This document shows positions 37,750-47,130 of a stretch of DNA of 64,000 bases, piece after piece. Origin of the DNA: a bacterium (GTDB lineage Bacteria; Bacteroidota; Bacteroidia; Bacteroidales; FEN-979); contig JBAXDH010000003.1 of assembly GCA_037141055.1 (NCBI GenBank), positions 6,256 to 70,255 of the forward strand. The letters are read 5' to 3'. Position numbers and translations under genes: made by a program. The notes beneath the pieces were generated by a model that was not told the DNA's origin, searched no databases, and saw only the letters and a list, made by a program, of their open reading frames with translations. How positions within the stretch are numbered: position 1 is the first letter of the stretch; the number at the start of each line of letters is the position of its first letter.

Positions 37750-40706
37750 TCAATGATGATTTCATCCGCAAAAATCCATGCCTTGCTGCCGGCACCCGGA
37801 TGCCACGGCGGACAAACTCCGCGGTTCCTGGCCAGCACTTTTACATACCTGGCCTTCATGTTTTTTTGGCTGATGCTGAAATTTTTGGTGATCGTTCCCG
37901 CGTAATGTTCATCTACATCATTCGAAACGGTTGACAATTGAGTAAAATTCTCGCCGTCATCCGATATCCACCAGGTCACTTCTGAAGGCATGAAAATCCA
38001 TGCATCCTGGTCCTGGATGCAACCAAGTGAAAGCTTTTTAATTGGCTGAATCGCGCCAAGGTCAACAACTGCGTTAATATCAACACCTTCATAGCCCTGC
38101 CAGGCGCCGGTCCTGAAATTATCCCCGCCAACCAGGAAGTCGATCAGCGCCAGGTCTCCTCCGGCGGCATACTGCCCGGCATAGCTGGTTTTCAGGAATA
38201 TCTTCCGGTTTTTGGGAATTTTAATAAACTGCGCATCCATTTGCTGACTTTTCTGCAGCTCCCTTGTGACGGCAAAAGCCCTCAGAGTGGTTGATTTCCG
38301 AAGTATGAAAGGGCGCAGGTAAACGGATGACCGCAGGTTAGGTTCCGATCCGTCGAGCGTGTAATGGATTTCAACCCCGTACATTGCACAGGAAAGCCCG
38401 ACAACAGTAGAATCCATGAAAGTATGATTTCCCTGGTAAACCGCAGGAACAGGTATAACGGGATATTCGGATATGAAAGATTCCGGGAATCCTCCATAAC
38501 CCACGCCCCAGGCTTTGTTCGGTTGCGGGCCCATGTTAATGGTCAGTTCACCCCCTTTCAGAATATCCGCGTGGCTCAGGTAGCATTTTGTGTAAGGCCT
38601 GCCGTTCAGGCTTGCCGATTGAATGTAGAAATTCTGATCGCTGAGGTTGATGGCCTTGATTATGAATGATTTTCCGTTTTCCAGGGCCATTGTGACCCTT
38701 GGAAAAGCAGGTGTTCCAAGGGCATAGATACCGGAACCGGGTGTAACAGGATAAAATCCCATCGCACTGAGCACATACCAGGCCGACATCTGGCCGCAAT
38801 CTTCGTTGCCAATCAGCCCATCCGGACTGTTCTTGTAAAAATCCCGGCATATCCGGTGGACGAGTTCCTGTGTTTTCCAGGGCATGCCGGCATAATCATA
38901 CAGATATGCCATGTGGTGGCTGGGTTCATTGCCATGGGCATACTGCCCGATCAGCCCGCTGATATCTGCCTGGTCGCGTCCCGTTGTTTTTGAGTCGGCA
39001 GAAAAGAGTTCATCCAGTTTTAAAGCAAATTTATCACGCCCCCCCATCAGCCCCATCAGACCGCTGAGATCCTGCGGAACGTAAAAACTATACTGCCATG
39101 CATTGGCCTCCGTGTAATTGAAGTTTACTTCCGCCGGATCAAAAGGAGTGAACCAAGTAGCATTTGATTTTGCCCGCATGAAACCGGTTATGCGGTCGTA
39201 AACATTCTTGTAATTCTGCGCCCTGGCCAGGTAGGTTTTATAGTCCTCCTGCTTTCCCAGCGATTTGGCCATCATGGCAATGCACCAGTCGTCGTAAGCA
39301 TATTCTAGGGTTTTAGAAACCGATTCCCCCTCGCGGTCGGCGGGAATATAGCCTTTCGTTTTGTAATATTTCAACCCGAGATTGTCCTGTTCTGCACTGT
39401 GCTTCATGGCCGCCAGCGCCTTTTCGCCGTCAAATCCACGGATACCTTTCAGCCAGGCATCCGCGATGACCGGCACGGCGTGGTAACCGATCATACAGCC
39501 GGTTTCATTGCCCGAAAGTTCCCACACCGGCAACATGCCTCCCTCATCGTACTGGTGAAGGAACGTGTTTATAAAATCGTTAACACGCTTAGGTTCAATC
39601 AGGGTATAAAGCGGGTTGGCTGCCCGGTAGGTGTCCCATAGTGAAAAAACGGTATAATAATCAAATCCATCTGCCTGGTGAACTTTCAGATCGCGGCCGC
39701 GGTAACGGCCATCTACATCCTGGTAAATATTCGGTTGCAGCATCGTATGGTACAGCGCTGAATAAAAGACTGCCTGCTGGTCGGGCGTGCCATATTCAGC
39801 CCTGATCTTTCCCAATGCCGCATTCCACAAGGCTGCAGCATGGTTTGCAATGGTATCAAAATCCCAGCCGGGATTTTCAGTTTCCAGGTTTTTACGAGCT
39901 CCATCAATGCTCACCCCGGAAATTCCGACTTTGACAAGAATCCGTTCATTGGAAGCCGTTGTGAAGGTAAAACAGGCTTTGATATTGGTGCCACTTGCTT
40001 CGCTGATACCGGGAGACGCCTGGTCATTTTGAGCCAGAATAAATGAGGTAAAAGGTTTGGAAAATTTCGCAACGAAATAGATCATCTGCTTTGCAGCCCA
40101 GGCCTGGGATATCCTGAATCCTTCGATTTCATCCTTGCCAGTGACTTTGATTCCCGATTCAATCACCTTATCGCGATGCTTCAGATCAAATACTATATTT
40201 GACTGATTTGAAGCAGTATATGTATACCTGTGAAACCCGGTCCTGGGTGTCGCCGTCAACTCTGCGATCACCTTGTTCTTTGGGAGCATCACACGGTAAT
40301 ACCCCGGTGAAGCCGTTTCATCTTTTTTAGCGAAAGGGGAGGAATAACCGTAGTCTTTGAGATTCACATCACCTGTAACCGGCATGACCAGGATGTCACC
40401 GTAATCGGAACAACCTGTGCCGCTGAGATGCGTATGACTGAAGCCGTAGATGACCGAATCACTTCCATGGTAGGCCGAACAACCGTCCCAGCCATCGAGG
40501 CGGGTATCCGGACTGAGCTGCACCATTCCAAACGGAACACTTGCCCCCGGGAAAGTATGGCCGTGGCCGCCGGTACCAATGAACGGGTTCACATAACCCG
40601 AAAGTGCCTGCTGTGTCTGGCCAGTCAATGATGAGGAAACACCGGCCGTTAAACAAACCAGGATCATCCTGGCGGCATGCATAACATGCCTGGAATAATT
40701 CATCAT
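37746..40706 (-). CDS. GH92 alpha-mannosidase with C-terminal chitobiase/hexosaminidase-C-like and F5/8 type C (discoidin) domains
   Basis: 986-aa ORF. GYVNPFIGTGGHGHTFPGASVPFGMVQLSPDT and GFSHTHLSGTG are the GH92 N-terminal signatures, and HGNEPSHHMAYLY is a core motif. The extra roughly 230 C-terminal residues (VEIHYTLDGSEP..., then ...ARYVKVLA...WIFADEIIIE) resemble CHB_HEX_C plus a discoidin domain. Confidence 0.9.
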   Translation of the reverse strand: MMNYSRHVMHAARMILVCLTAGVSSSLTGQTQQALSGYVNPFIGTGGHGHTFPGASVPFGMVQLSPDTRLDGWDGCSAYHGSDSVIYGFSHTHLSGTGCSDYGDILVMPVTGDVNLKDYGYSSPFAKKDETASPGYYRVMLPKNKVIAELTATPRTGFHRYTYTASNQSNIVFDLKHRDKVIESGIKVTGKDEIEGFRISQAWAAKQMIYFVAKFSKPFTSFILAQNDQASPGISEASGTNIKACFTFTTASNERILVKVGISGVSIDGARKNLETENPGWDFDTIANHAAALWNAALGKIRAEYGTPDQQAVFYSALYHTMLQPNIYQDVDGRYRGRDLKVHQADGFDYYTVFSLWDTYRAANPLYTLIEPKRVNDFINTFLHQYDEGGMLPVWELSGNETGCMIGYHAVPVIADAWLKGIRGFDGEKALAAMKHSAEQDNLGLKYYKTKGYIPADREGESVSKTLEYAYDDWCIAMMAKSLGKQEDYKTYLARAQNYKNVYDRITGFMRAKSNATWFTPFDPAEVNFNYTEANAWQYSFYVPQDLSGLMGLMGGRDKFALKLDELFSADSKTTGRDQADISGLIGQYAHGNEPSHHMAYLYDYAGMPWKTQELVHRICRDFYKNSPDGLIGNEDCGQMSAWYVLSAMGFYPVTPGSGIYALGTPAFPRVTMALENGKSFIIKAINLSDQNFYIQSASLNGRPYTKCYLSHADILKGGELTINMGPQPNKAWGVGYGGFPESFISEYPVIPVPAVYQGNHTFMDSTVVGLSCAMYGVEIHYTLDGSEPNLRSSVYLRPFILRKSTTLRAFAVTRELQKSQQMDAQFIKIPKNRKIFLKTSYAGQYAAGGDLALIDFLVGGDNFRTGAWQGYEGVDINAVVDLGAIQPIKKLSLGCIQDQDAWIFMPSEVTWWISDDGENFTQLSTVSNDVDEHYAGTITKNFSISQKNMKARYVKVLARNRGVCPPWHPGAGSKAWIFADEIIIE

Positions 40707-40715
40707 GGAAAGGGG

Positions 40716-43244
40716 TTAATATGTGTCTGCCAGGCTTCTGACAATGATCAGGTCTGCAATTTTCGGACTCTTTTTCGATGTCGTGAATTTAATGTCGACC
40801 GATTCTCCCGGCAGCATATCAAAGTAATTATCGGAAAAATCACCGGGAACAGAAGTTGAAAGATAGAGATTCTTGACTAGTTTGTCGCAAGTAAGCCGGA
40901 TGTTGTATCCTGCCGGCGTTGCCGTAATAACTTTTTCAATAGCAGGTACAGGCAGTTCGAGATCTTTTGGAGCTACAAAATAAAGAAGGTTTTTAGCCTC
41001 CAGGCCTGAGAAACTGGCACCTTTAAGCGTTACAAGGAGAACAACTGCCTTCGGATCTAATTTCCCAAGCAGGGCTGACTGAATGGTGTCATAATAAACC
41101 AGGGAAGAATTTCCCGGGATGTCAACAGTGAAACCCTCATCAGAATAAATGTTCCCGGTATAATCCATCACCTTTACAGTCATGGTTGCCCGATAGATTT
41201 GCGGATCATCGGAACAGATATAGACTTTCACATGCCCGTCTTCCACAACCGGTGAGATCAGCATTTTGTCGTATGCAGCGGGAATCGCATACTGCAGCGC
41301 TTTCTTCTTTCCGTAGTAATCGCGTGACGACCATGATACGACCGGCCAGCAATCATTCAGCTGCCAGTACATTGTTCCCATACAATAAGGCCTTGCCCTG
41401 CGGTGGGCCGCGATGGCTGATACGATTCCTTTGGCCTGCAACAGCTGGCTCACATAGGCATACGATTCAAAGTTTTTCGGTTTCCTGTAATCTCTCAGCA
41501 AATATTCATCAATGGTCTCGAATCCAGTAGGATGTTTCTGATGCGCCTTCATTACCGGGGAAGCCAGCGAGCGGTCTTCCGGATTGGTAAATTTCCTGAT
41601 GGTTGAATAGTCAGGGAAACCCTGGAAGCCATATTCTGACATAAACCTGCCGACTTTCCTTTCATAATTCAGAAACGGTTCTTTTCCCCACCAAACGCCC
41701 CAGTAGTGCGAATCGCCCTCCGTGAGACTTTCCGGCCGGCCCCATCCGTGAAGGGGAGAAGTGGGAATGTAGATTCGTGCAGTGTCAAACCTTTTTACGT
41801 TATTCGGCAGAATAAGGTTGAAAATAAACCTGTAATTCTTGTAAATCGCTGCCGAATCTTCAGCGTTATACCCGTATTGTTTTTGCCATCCCCAGTTTTT
41901 CCAGCCTTCGTCAATTTCGTTGTTGCCGCACCAAAGGGCAATGCTCGGATGGCGCCTCAGCCTCACAATATTCTGAATGGCTTCATCACGAACATCGTCG
42001 AGAAACTCCTTGTTTCCGGGGTACATGGCATTTGCAAACATAAAATCCTGCCACACCATGATGCCGTTTTCATCGCACAGATCGTAAAAAATATCATTTT
42101 CATAGATTCCGCCTCCCCAGACACGGAGCATGTTCATGTTGGCATTTTTCACATCAGCAATGATCGATCTGTAGGCAGAGTCGGTAACCCGCGGCAAAAA
42201 AATGTCCTGCGGAATGTAATTGGCCCCTTTGATGAAAAGCGGGGATCCGTTTACCTTGAAATAAAACGACTTTCCCGTCGAATCCTTCTCCTGAACCAGC
42301 TCGATGGTGCGCAGTCCGATCTTCTGCCTGCCTTCGCCAACCAGCCTGCCGCTGAAATAGACCTCATAGCCAAAGTTGTACAACGTCGGGTTTCCCATCC
42401 CGTTTGGGAACCAGCGGGCCGGGTTGCGGATGGAGAAATCACCCCGTATTATATTCGGGCCCTTATTCAGAATCACAGGTTGCCTTAATATTTCAGTGGT
42501 GTCGTGGAAAAGCCTTATCTCCGCCGAATCTCCCAGTTCGGAAAATATGGTAAACTGGGCGGCCATGTTTGCCAGTGTATCGGTAAGCTTTTTCTGGATA
42601 TACTGAACCCCCAGCACATTCACGGCATTCCACTCGCGGATGTAAATCGGGCGCCAGATACCGCATGTAACAAGTTTCGGACCCCAGTCCCAGCCGAATT
42701 GATAAGCGGCCTTACGGCACACCACTTTTTCGTCGCCGGGAAGTTTGTTTTTGAGTTTGTCGTAACGTATTTTGTTCTCCGGAATAATGGCAGGAAACTG
42801 GATCCGGAGCGTATTCGTTCCGATTTGCAGAAACCTTTTAATGTCGACATACCATTCACGGAACATGTTGTCCGACACAAGTATCAGTGAATCATTGAGG
42901 TACACGTTGGCGTACGTATCCATCCCCTTTGAAACCAGTTCAATATGACGCCAGGCGAAGTTCATTTCACCGTACTGGAACGTCTTCATGTATTCCCAGC
43001 CAACTTCGCCAATCCATTGCAGTTTTGATTCGTTGTCGCGTAAATACGGATCAGGGATCAGGTTGTTGCGCATGAGGTCAAGGTGGACCACCCCGGGCAC
43101 TTTTGCGGGATACCATTCTTTGGTTCCTGCCTTTCTGAATTTCCATCCGCCGTCGAGCTCAAATGTGTTGATATCCTGGGCAGGAACAAATTTTGCACCC
43201 AGGATTGAAATTGCGAGGAATACCAGGGAAAAATAACGATTCAT
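40716..43244 (-). CDS. GH2 beta-mannosidase
   Basis: The N-terminus WKFRKAGTKEWYPAKVPGVVHLDLMRNNLIPDPY...LQWIGEVGWEY is typical of GH2 beta-mannosidases. The catalytic region has NMLRVWGGGIYE, WCGNNE and SEYGFQ. Signal peptide from ATG 43244. Confidence 0.88.
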   Translation of the reverse strand: MNRYFSLVFLAISILGAKFVPAQDINTFELDGGWKFRKAGTKEWYPAKVPGVVHLDLMRNNLIPDPYLRDNESKLQWIGEVGWEYMKTFQYGEMNFAWRHIELVSKGMDTYANVYLNDSLILVSDNMFREWYVDIKRFLQIGTNTLRIQFPAIIPENKIRYDKLKNKLPGDEKVVCRKAAYQFGWDWGPKLVTCGIWRPIYIREWNAVNVLGVQYIQKKLTDTLANMAAQFTIFSELGDSAEIRLFHDTTEILRQPVILNKGPNIIRGDFSIRNPARWFPNGMGNPTLYNFGYEVYFSGRLVGEGRQKIGLRTIELVQEKDSTGKSFYFKVNGSPLFIKGANYIPQDIFLPRVTDSAYRSIIADVKNANMNMLRVWGGGIYENDIFYDLCDENGIMVWQDFMFANAMYPGNKEFLDDVRDEAIQNIVRLRRHPSIALWCGNNEIDEGWKNWGWQKQYGYNAEDSAAIYKNYRFIFNLILPNNVKRFDTARIYIPTSPLHGWGRPESLTEGDSHYWGVWWGKEPFLNYERKVGRFMSEYGFQGFPDYSTIRKFTNPEDRSLASPVMKAHQKHPTGFETIDEYLLRDYRKPKNFESYAYVSQLLQAKGIVSAIAAHRRARPYCMGTMYWQLNDCWPVVSWSSRDYYGKKKALQYAIPAAYDKMLISPVVEDGHVKVYICSDDPQIYRATMTVKVMDYTGNIYSDEGFTVDIPGNSSLVYYDTIQSALLGKLDPKAVVLLVTLKGASFSGLEAKNLLYFVAPKDLELPVPAIEKVITATPAGYNIRLTCDKLVKNLYLSTSVPGDFSDNYFDMLPGESVDIKFTTSKKSPKIADLIIVRSLADTY

Positions 43245-43406
43245 ACAGAGATGATTTATAGCTGCAAAATTATCATTTTCCAGCTTACCGTGGCTGTAAT
43301 CCTCTGATTTCACTGCAGAAAATTGCCCATGGAGCGCAATTTCTTTATACTTTAGCAAGTAGAATGACCGTTAAACAATTTCATTAACAACTTGGAATAA
43401 CTGCCC

Positions 43407-44573
43407 ATGGACCTGACAACATTGTACCCCCGTTTTTTTGAGCTGTACGGAAAACCTGATGAGAGTCCCAGGTGTTTTTTCGCCCCCGGCCGGGTCAACC
43501 TCATCGGCGAACATACCGATTATAACGGCGGTTTTGTGCTGCCATGCGCCATTCGTTACGGCACATACCTGCTGATCCGCCCTTCCGCCGACCCCATTGT
43601 GCGGATGGCCTCTGCCAACATGGAATACCGTGCAGAAATTCCGTTGGAGGAGTTGTCCCGAAAAGTCAGGAATGAATGGGTGAACTATCCGCTGGGCATT
43701 TTTGACCAGTTCAGGCAGATGAACATCCCGCCAGCCGGCTTCGACATGCTCTATGCAGGCGATATTCCGAACAGCGCCGGGTTATCGTCGTCGGCATCTA
43801 TTGAAATGGTGACTGCATTTGCCCTTTCAGCCATGCTTGGTGATACTCAGCTCAGGATGATCGATCTTGTGAAGTTGTCGCAACGGGCCGAAAATGAATT
43901 TGTTGGCGTGAACTGCGGCATCATGGACATGTTTGCCGTCGGCATGGGGGAGAAGGACCATGCTCTTTTTCTCAACTGCCTTACACTCGAATATAAAAAG
44001 GTTCCGATCTTGACCAACGGCTTCAGGCTGATCATCGGAAACACCAATAAACAACGTGGACTCGCTGATTCAAAATACAATGAGCGGGTGGCCGAATGCC
44101 AGCTTGCGGTGACCTATCTCAGCCAACAACAGCCTGTCTCAAAACTCGGTGAGATCAGTTTCATGCAATTTTTCAAGATACAGGAACAGATTCCCGATGA
44201 ACTCATCCGTAAAAGGGCGCGCCATGTGATTTCTGAGAACCAGCGCGTGCTGAATTCGGTTTCGTGCCTGCTCAAAAATGATATTCTGCAGTTTGGCGCA
44301 CTGATGAATGCCTCACACGAATCGTTGCGCGAAAACTATGAGGTAACCGGCTTTGAACTCGACACGCTGACGGAAGAAGCACGGAAAATCAACGGTGTTG
44401 TGGGATCGCGCATGACCGGTGCCGGTTTTGGCGGCTGTACCGTGAGTTTGGTCAGGGAAGAGGTTGCAGACAGGTTCATGGAGCAGGTTGGCCGGGAATA
44501 CAAGAAAAAAACAGACCTCACCGCTGATTTTTACCTGGCTGAAATCTCCGATGGCGTAAAGGAGATTCGCTGA
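43407..44573 (+). CDS. galK: Galactokinase
   Basis: 388-aa ORF with GRVNLIGEHTDYNGG (galactokinase signature), the GHMP motif PNSAGLSSSAS and GAGFGGC. Confidence 0.95.
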   Translation: MDLTTLYPRFFELYGKPDESPRCFFAPGRVNLIGEHTDYNGGFVLPCAIRYGTYLLIRPSADPIVRMASANMEYRAEIPLEELSRKVRNEWVNYPLGIFDQFRQMNIPPAGFDMLYAGDIPNSAGLSSSASIEMVTAFALSAMLGDTQLRMIDLVKLSQRAENEFVGVNCGIMDMFAVGMGEKDHALFLNCLTLEYKKVPILTNGFRLIIGNTNKQRGLADSKYNERVAECQLAVTYLSQQQPVSKLGEISFMQFFKIQEQIPDELIRKRARHVISENQRVLNSVSCLLKNDILQFGALMNASHESLRENYEVTGFELDTLTEEARKINGVVGSRMTGAGFGGCTVSLVREEVADRFMEQVGREYKKKTDLTADFYLAEISDGVKEIR

Positions 44574-44682
44574 CACCGTAATTATTTTTTATTTCCGCAA
44601 TTTGTTCCTTAACTTCGAAGGTTAAAACGACTATAAAAATATTGATTGGTTACTTTAATACCAGTGAGTGAAAAAGAGAAAA

Positions 44683-44829
44683 GCGGAGTGGTATGAACTA
44701 TTCACTTTTATCTTTTACATTTTCATTTTGAATTTTTCAATGAAAACTGTTCGTTTCGTAGTGAACAAAGATTAACGAACAGCGGTAAGTGAACGGAGAA
44801 AATCGAAAAGTGAAAAGTTCGCACTCCGC
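44683..44829. repeat. Structured inverted-repeat element of about 147 nt (candidate ncRNA or MITE-like element)
   Basis: Outer arms at 44683-44716 and 44796-44829 are imperfect reverse complements: GCGGAGTG...GAAC.TTCACTTTT...TTTT versus AAAA...AAAAGTGAA.GTTC.CACTCCGC, about 26 pairable positions. Two internal hairpins are present: TTTTCATT/AATGAAAA (44720-44746) and CTGTTCGTT/AACGAACAG (44747-44782). Confidence 0.5.
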
Positions 44830-44903
44830 CTGATCCGGATAATATGTGCCACATTCTGATATGTTGGCACACATTCTATAAAACAACTTTAAAAATTCTT
44901 CTT

Positions 44904-45800
44904 ATGGGCCACAAGAAAGAAAAATCAAAGGAAACCGAAAACAAAGAAAAGAAAAGCAGGAAAAACCGGGTACAGGATCACGCTGATACTCCTTTCAAGG
45001 CAGAACATGAAGATGAAGGAGCTGATAAGCTTTCCAAACATGTTTACGAGGATGAACTCGCGAAACTCCAGATTGAACTTGTCAGGCTCCAGGAATGGAT
45101 CAAATACAAGGGCCTGAGGGTAGTTGTGCTTTTCGAAGGTCGTGATGCCGCAGGCAAGGGCGGTTCCATCAAGAGGATCACCGAAAGCCTGAATCCCCGT
45201 ATCTGCAGGGTGGTCGCGCTTGGAGTCCCGACTGAAAAAGAGAAGACACAGTGGTACTTTCAACGATATGTGCCCCATCTGCCTGCAGCAGGAGAAATGG
45301 TACTGTTCGACCGCAGCTGGTATAACAGGGCAGGAGTCGAACGGGTGATGGGATTTTGCACGGAAGCCGAATATTGGGACTTCCTGCGATCCTGTCCGAA
45401 TTTCGAAACCATGCTGATCCGTTCAGGGATCATCCTCATTAAATACTGGTTTTCGGTAAATGACAAAGAGCAGGAGAGGAGGTTCATTCAGCGCATCAAC
45501 GACCCTACGCGGCGCTGGAAGATCAGCCCCATGGACGTTGAATCACGCACCAAATGGATCGATTATTCCAAGGCAAAGGATGAGATGTTTGCCTATACCG
45601 ATACAAAACAATCACCCTGGTTTGTGGTGGAAGCCGATGACAAGCGAAAAGCGCGACTCAATTGCATCTGTCATTTGCTGAGTCTGATCCCGTATGAGGA
45701 TGTCCCCCGCGAAACGATCACACTTCCGCCGCTGGAGCATGACAAAGCGTATGTACGCCCGCCAATGACCGAGCAAACGTTTGTACCGAATAAGTACTAG
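44904..45800 (+). CDS. ppk2: Polyphosphate kinase 2 family protein
   Basis: VVVLFEGRDAAGKGGSIKRITESLNPR (PPK2 Walker A), FDRSWYNRAGVERV and a lid region, plus a Lys/Glu-rich N-terminal tail. ATG 44904 preferred over the ORF-track start at 44844, which lies within a palindrome. Confidence 0.92.
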   Translation: MGHKKEKSKETENKEKKSRKNRVQDHADTPFKAEHEDEGADKLSKHVYEDELAKLQIELVRLQEWIKYKGLRVVVLFEGRDAAGKGGSIKRITESLNPRICRVVALGVPTEKEKTQWYFQRYVPHLPAAGEMVLFDRSWYNRAGVERVMGFCTEAEYWDFLRSCPNFETMLIRSGIILIKYWFSVNDKEQERRFIQRINDPTRRWKISPMDVESRTKWIDYSKAKDEMFAYTDTKQSPWFVVEADDKRKARLNCICHLLSLIPYEDVPRETITLPPLEHDKAYVRPPMTEQTFVPNKY

Positions 45801-45822
45801 GAATCTAAGAGCAGTTTCCTGT

Positions 45823-47031
45823 TCATTCAAGCACGGAGAACCGGTAGACTGTCTTCTCTGAGAATTTCATTCCGGGTTTCAGGATGGTATTCGGAAATCC
45901 CGGCTGATTCGGTGAATCAGGAAAATGCTGCGTCTCCAGGCATAACCCATAATGTTTCTGATACACTTTCCCATCTTTTCCCGTGATGGTGCCATCCAGG
46001 AAATTTCCCGAGTAGAACTGAATCCCGGGCTGGGTTGTAAGAATTTCCAGCTGGCGGCCTGTGCGTGGGTCATACAATTGGGCTGCCATCGTTAACTCAC
46101 AGGCCTTTTTCTTTAAAATATAATTATGGTCATACCCTCCTTTTACTTTTTCAATTCCTGAACCTATTGGCTCCGAATTATTGAAATCCATCGCGGTTCC
46201 CCGCACGTATGGTGAAGCCCCCGTCGGGATCAGTTCACTGTTGACCTGGGTGTACTGATCGGCATATAGCGTAAGAATATGCCCGAGGATGCTGGTATCT
46301 GCCTCACTCAGGTTGAAATAGGTATGGTTGGCAATATTTACCGGCGTCGGCTTGTCTGTTTCGGCTTCGATAAGCATGGTGAGTTCATTGTGATCGTCCA
46401 GCGAATATGTCACCTCCACCTTCAGATTCCCCGGATATCCCTCTTCTCCGTCCTTGCTCAGGTACCGGAGTTTCAGCATGGCCTGTGAAGAGTCCGCAAT
46501 CTTCCCGGGCTCCCATACAACTTTGTCAAAACCTTTCAACCCTCCGTGAAGGCTGTTCTTCCCATTGTTCACCGCCAGGCTGTATCCGGTGCCATTGAGC
46601 GTAAACTTTCCCCTGGCGATCCGGTTTGCATACCGTCCGACAATCGCGCCAAAATACGGACTGTTGGCAATATATTTTTTCAGGCTGTCGTAGCCGAGAA
46701 CGATATCGCCGGTTTTGCCAGTTTTATCCGGAACCAGGATGGAGGTGATGATGCCGCCATAGTTGGTAATCTTCACGGTAACTCCCATATTGTTGGTTAG
46801 CGTATAAAGGAAAACCTTCTTCTGACCGGCTTCTCCGAATTGTTCCACTGTGATCCCTGCATGTTCGTCTGATGTCACCATATTCATGACCTGGTCGATT
46901 TTACGGATTGTATCGCTGAGGTTCTTTTCATCGTCGCCTACTTTAATGTTAAACTTGTTGGGGCCTTCAATACAGGAGTGAGTCAGGACCAGTCCCAACG
47001 AAACGAGAAGGAAAACAACCGCTCTTTGCAT
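45823..47031 (-). CDS. galM: Aldose 1-epimerase (galactose mutarotase), secreted/lipoprotein form
   Basis: 402-aa ORF with GRYANRI, NSLHGG, NIANHTYFNL and CLETQHFPDSPN. The signal sequence has a Cys (LVLTHSC). Confidence 0.92.
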   Translation of the reverse strand: MQRAVVFLLVSLGLVLTHSCIEGPNKFNIKVGDDEKNLSDTIRKIDQVMNMVTSDEHAGITVEQFGEAGQKKVFLYTLTNNMGVTVKITNYGGIITSILVPDKTGKTGDIVLGYDSLKKYIANSPYFGAIVGRYANRIARGKFTLNGTGYSLAVNNGKNSLHGGLKGFDKVVWEPGKIADSSQAMLKLRYLSKDGEEGYPGNLKVEVTYSLDDHNELTMLIEAETDKPTPVNIANHTYFNLSEADTSILGHILTLYADQYTQVNSELIPTGASPYVRGTAMDFNNSEPIGSGIEKVKGGYDHNYILKKKACELTMAAQLYDPRTGRQLEILTTQPGIQFYSGNFLDGTITGKDGKVYQKHYGLCLETQHFPDSPNQPGFPNTILKPGMKFSEKTVYRFSVLE

Positions 47032-47094
47032 ACCGGCGATATTAGATTATTCCACAAACTTATCAAAACAATGTCATTTAACCAACAATCTTTT

Positions 47095-47102
47095 TACTTT
47101 TG
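47095..47102 (+). promoter_or_regulatory. Bacteroidota -7 promoter box TACTTTTG
   Basis: TAnnTTTG match 29 nt upstream of the ATG at 47131. Confidence 0.45.
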
Positions 47103-47130
47103 GCCCCTCGTTCCATTCGATAATAAATAA

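Noticed and set aside
41706-42488. 260-aa plus-strand ORF, plus the shorter ORFs at 41186-41530, 42504-42890 and 42988-43236
   Set aside because: All are antisense to the GH2 beta-mannosidase gene, which has clear family motifs. They are low-complexity, Arg-rich translations.
44693-44775. Two mini-ORFs (MNYSLLSFTFSF and MKTVRFVVNKD) inside the structured galK-ppk2 element
   Set aside because: They are too short and have no translation-initiation context I can support. They overlap the hairpin stems, so the RNA/DNA-structure explanation is preferred.
44844-44903. Longer ppk2 start at ATG 44844 (MCHILICWHTFYKTTLKILL...)
   Set aside because: The extra 20 codons lie inside the palindrome/direct-repeat motif and encode a Cys/His/Trp-rich peptide unlike PPK2 N-termini. 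ATG 44904 followed by the Lys/Glu-rich tail is more plausible.
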